In this document: positions 60,507 to 64,000 of the stretch, one piece after another | How the letters are laid out: every line of letters begins with the position of its first letter | Numbering within the stretch: the first letter of the stretch is position 1 | Assembly (NCBI GenBank): GCA_965197905.1 | Contig: CBDAOB010000004.1 | Span: 1,952,001-2,016,000 of the forward strand | DNA from: Candidatus Latescibacterota bacterium | GTDB taxonomy: Bacteria; Latescibacterota; UBA2968; UBA8231 | Direction of reading: 5' to 3' | Length of the DNA stretch: 64,000 bases | Made by a program: the position numbers and the translations under genes | The notes under the pieces: model-generated | What the model was told of the DNA's origin: nothing | Seen by the model: only the letters and a program-made list of their open reading frames with translations | Database searches by the model: none

Positions 60507-60543
60507 GAAAAGAGAGGAGTTCCACCTTGCGGAACTCCTCTCT
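60507..60543 (-). terminator. Intrinsic terminator downstream of the SWIB gene
   Basis: Perfect 13-bp stem AGAGAGGAGTTCC-N7-GGAACTCCTCTCT, followed by a U-run on the minus strand. Confidence 0.75.
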
Positions 60544-60585
60544 AATCCGAAGATCAACGGCGTCTCGGGGCGCCGCGGAAGGATT

Positions 60586-61041
60586 TTACTTCAGGTGCTT
60601 GTTGACCAACTTGGTCATTTCGAACATGCTGACCTGCTTCTTCCCTCCAAAGATAGGCTTCAGCTTATCGTCTGCATTGATCATACGCTTGTTCTGCATG
60701 TCCTGCAGTCGGTTCCGCTTAATATAGGCCCAAAGTTTCTTCACCACCTGCGTGCGCGGGATCGGCTTGGGTCCAACAACGGCGCTCAACGCTGCGTCCG
60801 GTTGCAGGGGACGCATAAAAGATGGGTTCGGTTTGCGTTTCGCCTTTTTCTTGGCCGCTTTCTTCTTTTTCGGAGCGGCCTTTTTCTTCTTGGCGGCGGC
60901 TTTCTTCTTTTTCGGAGCGGCCTTTTTCTTCTTGGCGGCGGCTTTCTTCTTTTTCGGAGCGGCCTTTTTCTTCTTGGCGGCAGCCTTCTTCTTTTTCGGA
61001 GCAGCCTTTTTCTTCTTGGCGGCAGCCTTCTTCTTTGCCAT
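60586..61041 (-). CDS. SWIB/MDM2-domain protein with a histone-H1-like Lys/Ala/Pro-rich N-terminal tail
   Basis: (AAAKKKKAAPKKKK)x4, then L.AVVG....PRTQVVKKLW.YIK...LQD..NKR.I.ADDKL; AGGAG RBS. Confidence 0.9.
   Translation of the reverse strand: MAKKKAAAKKKKAAPKKKKAAAKKKKAAPKKKKAAAKKKKAAPKKKKAAAKKKKAAPKKKKAAKKKAKRKPNPSFMRPLQPDAALSAVVGPKPIPRTQVVKKLWAYIKRNRLQDMQNKRMINADDKLKPIFGGKKQVSMFEMTKLVNKHLK
60859..61026 (-). repeat. 42-bp coding tandem repeat, four copies
   Basis: Unit encodes AAAKKKKAAPKKKK. Confidence 0.9.
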
Positions 61042-61432
61042 GATCAACTCCTTCTGTGGCGGAAAACGCGGCTTCGCGGTGTTCTGTTTTAGGATTTATA
61101 CGCCGGGTCGTCAGTCTTGCGGTTACTTTGGAACGCCGGTCAAACTACCCCATCGACCACCTCCTCTCCAGGAGTTCGGCGCATTTCCCGGTGCTCCTTC
61201 GAACAGATCCTCCCCCGGGAGAGCTAGAGAGAAACTTATTTCGTCAAAAATAGCACGTGGCAGACGAAATAGTCAAGCAGAATTGCGCCAATTTCAGAGG
61301 GGAAATGGCGGACTCTTCGGAAGTGTGGGGGCGTGATTGACACTGCGAATTCGGTCCTCTATTTTAGCACAAGTTCGGTATTTCTTCGCCAGTCGATTCC
61401 CACAAAACCTAAAATTCTGTCAGTGCGCAGCC

Positions 61433-62242
61433 ATGATCGAGAACTGCAACATCGGGGTGATCGGAAGCGGCAATATGGGCGGCGCCCTGATCAGCGGCCT
61501 GTTGAAGACTGGTCGCGACCCCGCCCGCATCACGGCTGTGGATATTCGTGACGAGGTGCTGGAACCGTTGCGTGCGCAGGGCGTGAAAACCAACTCCGAC
61601 TTGAAGGCGGCAGTACACGGGCAGGACGTGGTCGTTGTTGCAGTCAAACCGCAAATCGCAAGCAGCGTGCTCGTCTTGATCGCCCGGGAGCTGCAGAAGA
61701 GCCATCTCGTCGTGTCGATTATGGCAGGTGTCAAGACCGCGACGATCGAAGCCGAATTTGCCGAGGAGATACCGGTAGTGCGCGTCATGCCACAAACGCT
61801 CGTCTCGGAGGCCGTAGGCGCATCGGCGTTATGCAGGGGTAGTTTCGCCACCGCCGACCATCTGTCCTTGGCTGCGTCAATCTTCGACGATGTCGGCATT
61901 ACTGTTACGGTCGACGAGGCTCAGATGGACGCCGTTACCGGCTTGTCCGGGTCCGGTCCCGCGTATGTCTATACAATTATAGAAGCGATGGCGGACGGTG
62001 GCGTACGCATGGGTTTGAGTCGCGAAGTGGCGCTCAAGCTGGCGGCGCAAACAGTTCGTGGGGCGGCGCACCTGGTGTGTGATAGCGGCGAGCATCCGGC
62101 GATTTTGCGCGAGCGGGTGACCTCCCCAGGAGGCACTACCATCATGGGATTGCACAAGTTGGAGAAAAAGGGGATCCGGGATGCGTTGGTGAGCGCTATA
62201 ACGGCCGCCACCGAGCGTTCAGCGGAACTGGGCGCTACGTGA
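61433..62242 (+). CDS. proC: Pyrroline-5-carboxylate reductase
   Basis: IGSGNMG, AVKPQ, SGSGPAY and VTSPGGTT motifs. Confidence 0.95.
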   Translation: MIENCNIGVIGSGNMGGALISGLLKTGRDPARITAVDIRDEVLEPLRAQGVKTNSDLKAAVHGQDVVVVAVKPQIASSVLVLIARELQKSHLVVSIMAGVKTATIEAEFAEEIPVVRVMPQTLVSEAVGASALCRGSFATADHLSLAASIFDDVGITVTVDEAQMDAVTGLSGSGPAYVYTIIEAMADGGVRMGLSREVALKLAAQTVRGAAHLVCDSGEHPAILRERVTSPGGTTIMGLHKLEKKGIRDALVSAITAATERSAELGAT

Positions 62243-62841
62243 TCGCCATCATCGACTATGGGATGGGCAATCTTCGCAGCGTTGAAAAGGCATTTGAACA
62301 TCTAGGTTGTGAAGCCAGCATTTTCGACGATCCCGTTGAGACCTCCTTGGCCTCTCACCTTGTCTTGCCAGGTGACGCGGCCTTTGGGGATGCCATGAAC
62401 AACCTGCGAAAGGGAGGATGGGTGGATCGCATCCACGAACACATAGAAGCGGGCCGACCTTTCCTTGGCATATGCGTAGGTTTGCAACTCATGTTCTCAG
62501 AAAGCGAGGAGTTGGGCAAGCATCGAGGGCTCGGGCTGCTGCCAGGACGCATCAAACGTTTCCCGGCGAGCGAACGGGTTCCCCAAATAGGTTGGAACCA
62601 GGTTTCCTTCAAACGCCCCTTGGATATCCTCGACGCCGTTCCCGACAACAGCTTTTTCTATTTCGTGCATTCGTATTACGTAGAGACGGAGTCGGCCGAT
62701 GACTGCGTCGCTACAACCGAGTATGGACTGGAGTACACCTCCATCGCCGCTCGCGAGAACGTCTTCGGAGTCCAGTTTCACCCAGAAAAAAGCCAGCAAC
62801 ACGGCTTGCGCCTCCTGCGGAACTTCGCGGCGCAATCCTAA
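62239..62841 (+). CDS. hisH: Imidazole glycerol phosphate synthase, glutamine amidotransferase subunit
   Basis: IIDYGMGNL.SV, GICVGLQ, YFVHSY and QFHPEKS motifs. Confidence 0.95.
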   Translation: MIAIIDYGMGNLRSVEKAFEHLGCEASIFDDPVETSLASHLVLPGDAAFGDAMNNLRKGGWVDRIHEHIEAGRPFLGICVGLQLMFSESEELGKHRGLGLLPGRIKRFPASERVPQIGWNQVSFKRPLDILDAVPDNSFFYFVHSYYVETESADDCVATTEYGLEYTSIAARENVFGVQFHPEKSQQHGLRLLRNFAAQS

Positions 62842-62843
62842 GA

Positions 62844-63617
62844 ATGCTGGCCAAGCGCATCATCCCCTGCCTGGACGTCAAGAATGGGCGCAATGTGCGC
62901 GGAGTACGGTTCTCTGCTGATCGCGATGCCGGTGATCCCGTCGAGCTCGCCACGCGCTACGACTTGGAGAAGGCGGACGAGTTGGTGTTCTACGATATCA
63001 CTGCATCGGCAGATGGCCGTGCAATCGTGCAGAATCTGGTGGAGCAGGTTTCCGAACGCGTGTTCATCCCCCTCACCGTGGGCGGGGGAATACGAACCTT
63101 CGCCGATATTCGCGAGATTTTGAAGAGTGGCGCCGATAAGGTGTCGATCAATTCAGCGGCTGTGCACGACCCGGATATCATTCGGCAGGGAGCCGAAAGT
63201 TTTGGCAGTCAGTGCATCGTCGGGGCCATTGATGCCTTGCGCAAGCCGAATTCGCAGGGAGAGGCTCCCAGTTGGGAGATTTATATTAATGGGGGGCGCA
63301 AGGCAACTGGTATCGATGCGATCGAGTGGGTTGAAGAGTTGGTCGGTCGAGGGGCCGGCGAGTTAGTGCTCAACAGCATCGACGCCGATGGCACTCGAGA
63401 AGGCTACGACCTCGAGCTGAATCGAACGGTGGCGAATCGCGTCGAGGTGCCGATTGTCGCCTCCGGCGGGTGTGGACACGTGGAACACATCCATCAGGTG
63501 TTGACTGCCGGCCAGGCCAGCGCTGCCCTTGCCGCATCGATCTTTCACTTTGGAGACTACACTATCCAGGAAGTGAAATACTACTTGAGCGAACGCGGCG
63601 TTCTCGTGCGCAACTAG
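62844..63617 (+). CDS. hisF: Imidazole glycerol phosphate synthase, cyclase subunit
   Basis: RIIPCLDV, ADELVFYDITAS, GADKVSINSAA and ALAASIFH motifs. Confidence 0.95.
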   Translation: MLAKRIIPCLDVKNGRNVRGVRFSADRDAGDPVELATRYDLEKADELVFYDITASADGRAIVQNLVEQVSERVFIPLTVGGGIRTFADIREILKSGADKVSINSAAVHDPDIIRQGAESFGSQCIVGAIDALRKPNSQGEAPSWEIYINGGRKATGIDAIEWVEELVGRGAGELVLNSIDADGTREGYDLELNRTVANRVEVPIVASGGCGHVEHIHQVLTAGQASAALAASIFHFGDYTIQEVKYYLSERGVLVRN

Positions 63618-63727
63618 ATCGCCAAGCTACTGGGTGCCGATTCTCTTTTCGCAAATCCAGCCGCTTCCTCCGCAGTATTCATCACAGCAGCCGGTACGCT
63701 CGGCCTCTCCCCCACCAGGTACGAACC

Positions 63728-64000
63728 GTGAGTCACAAGACAAATCCTTCTGAAGATCGCGCCAGCCGGCTAGCCGATGTCCGCCGCCTGGTCGTGAAGG
63801 TGGGAAGCAGCAGCATCACCACTCACGACAATCAGTTGAATCGGCCGGTACTGAGAGACCTGGTAAAGGACGTTGTGTCTCTGCGGGAGAAGGGGTACGA
63901 GGTTGCCATCGTATCTTCGGGTGCGGTGGCGGCAGGTGTCGGCCGCCTCGGCTTGAAGGCGAGGCCGCAGGCGATAAGTGAGCTCCAGGCCGTTGCCGCC
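63728..64000 (+). CDS. proB: Glutamate 5-kinase, N-terminal part (runs off the window; absent from the ORF track)
   Basis: Manual translation from GTG 63728 gives RRLVVKVGSSSIT...EVAIVSSGAVAAG...ELQAVAA. Confidence 0.88.
   Translation, partial: MSHKTNPSEDRASRLADVRRLVVKVGSSSITTHDNQLNRPVLRDLVKDVVSLREKGYEVAIVSSGAVAAGVGRLGLKARPQAISELQAVAA

Noticed and set aside
60752..61336. Phe/Ala-rich 'membrane protein' ORFs on the + strand
   Set aside because: Antisense shadow of the Lys-rich repeat gene, which has the RBS, SWIB domain and terminator.
62239..63617. hisA missing between hisH and hisF
   Set aside because: Dispersed his genes are common, so this is not informative from one window.
1..64000. 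Genome-wide UGA reassignment (genetic code 4 or 25)
   Set aside because: Many genes end at TGA at their expected C-termini (acs, ackA, moeA, modB, ggt, proC), so UGA is normally a stop codon.

Overview
A GC-rich bacterial chromosomal segment, mostly housekeeping and metabolic genes. The C-terminal FlgD/T9SS-like sorting domain suggests an FCB-group organism such as Latescibacterota (inference only). Contents: a damaged-looking Wsp-type chemosensory cluster (frameshifted cheB; CheA/WspE with an in-frame internal deletion); uppP, ackA, acs, moeA, hemA/ccsA/hemG, modABC, ggt, an orphan DNA methyltransferase, ltaE; a heteromeric RND efflux operon; aroC, an internally duplicated UxaA-family dehydratase, carA; an H1-like/SWIB chromatin-type protein; and proC-hisH-hisF-proB. 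The main finding is at 35.2-37.3 kb. Six short ORFs in the track are really three tandem DUF3179-type lipoprotein genes, each interrupted by an in-frame TGA at the same motif (AVAY-TGA-P). A divergently transcribed neighbouring homologue has Cys at that position (VTF-C-PL). Each TGA is followed after exactly 14 nt by a conserved SECIS-like hairpin, so these are predicted exported selenoproteins. They lie in an apparent operon with a sensor kinase, an outer-membrane barrel and an ArsS-like radical SAM enzyme. No rRNA, tRNA, CRISPR array or mobile element was recognised.
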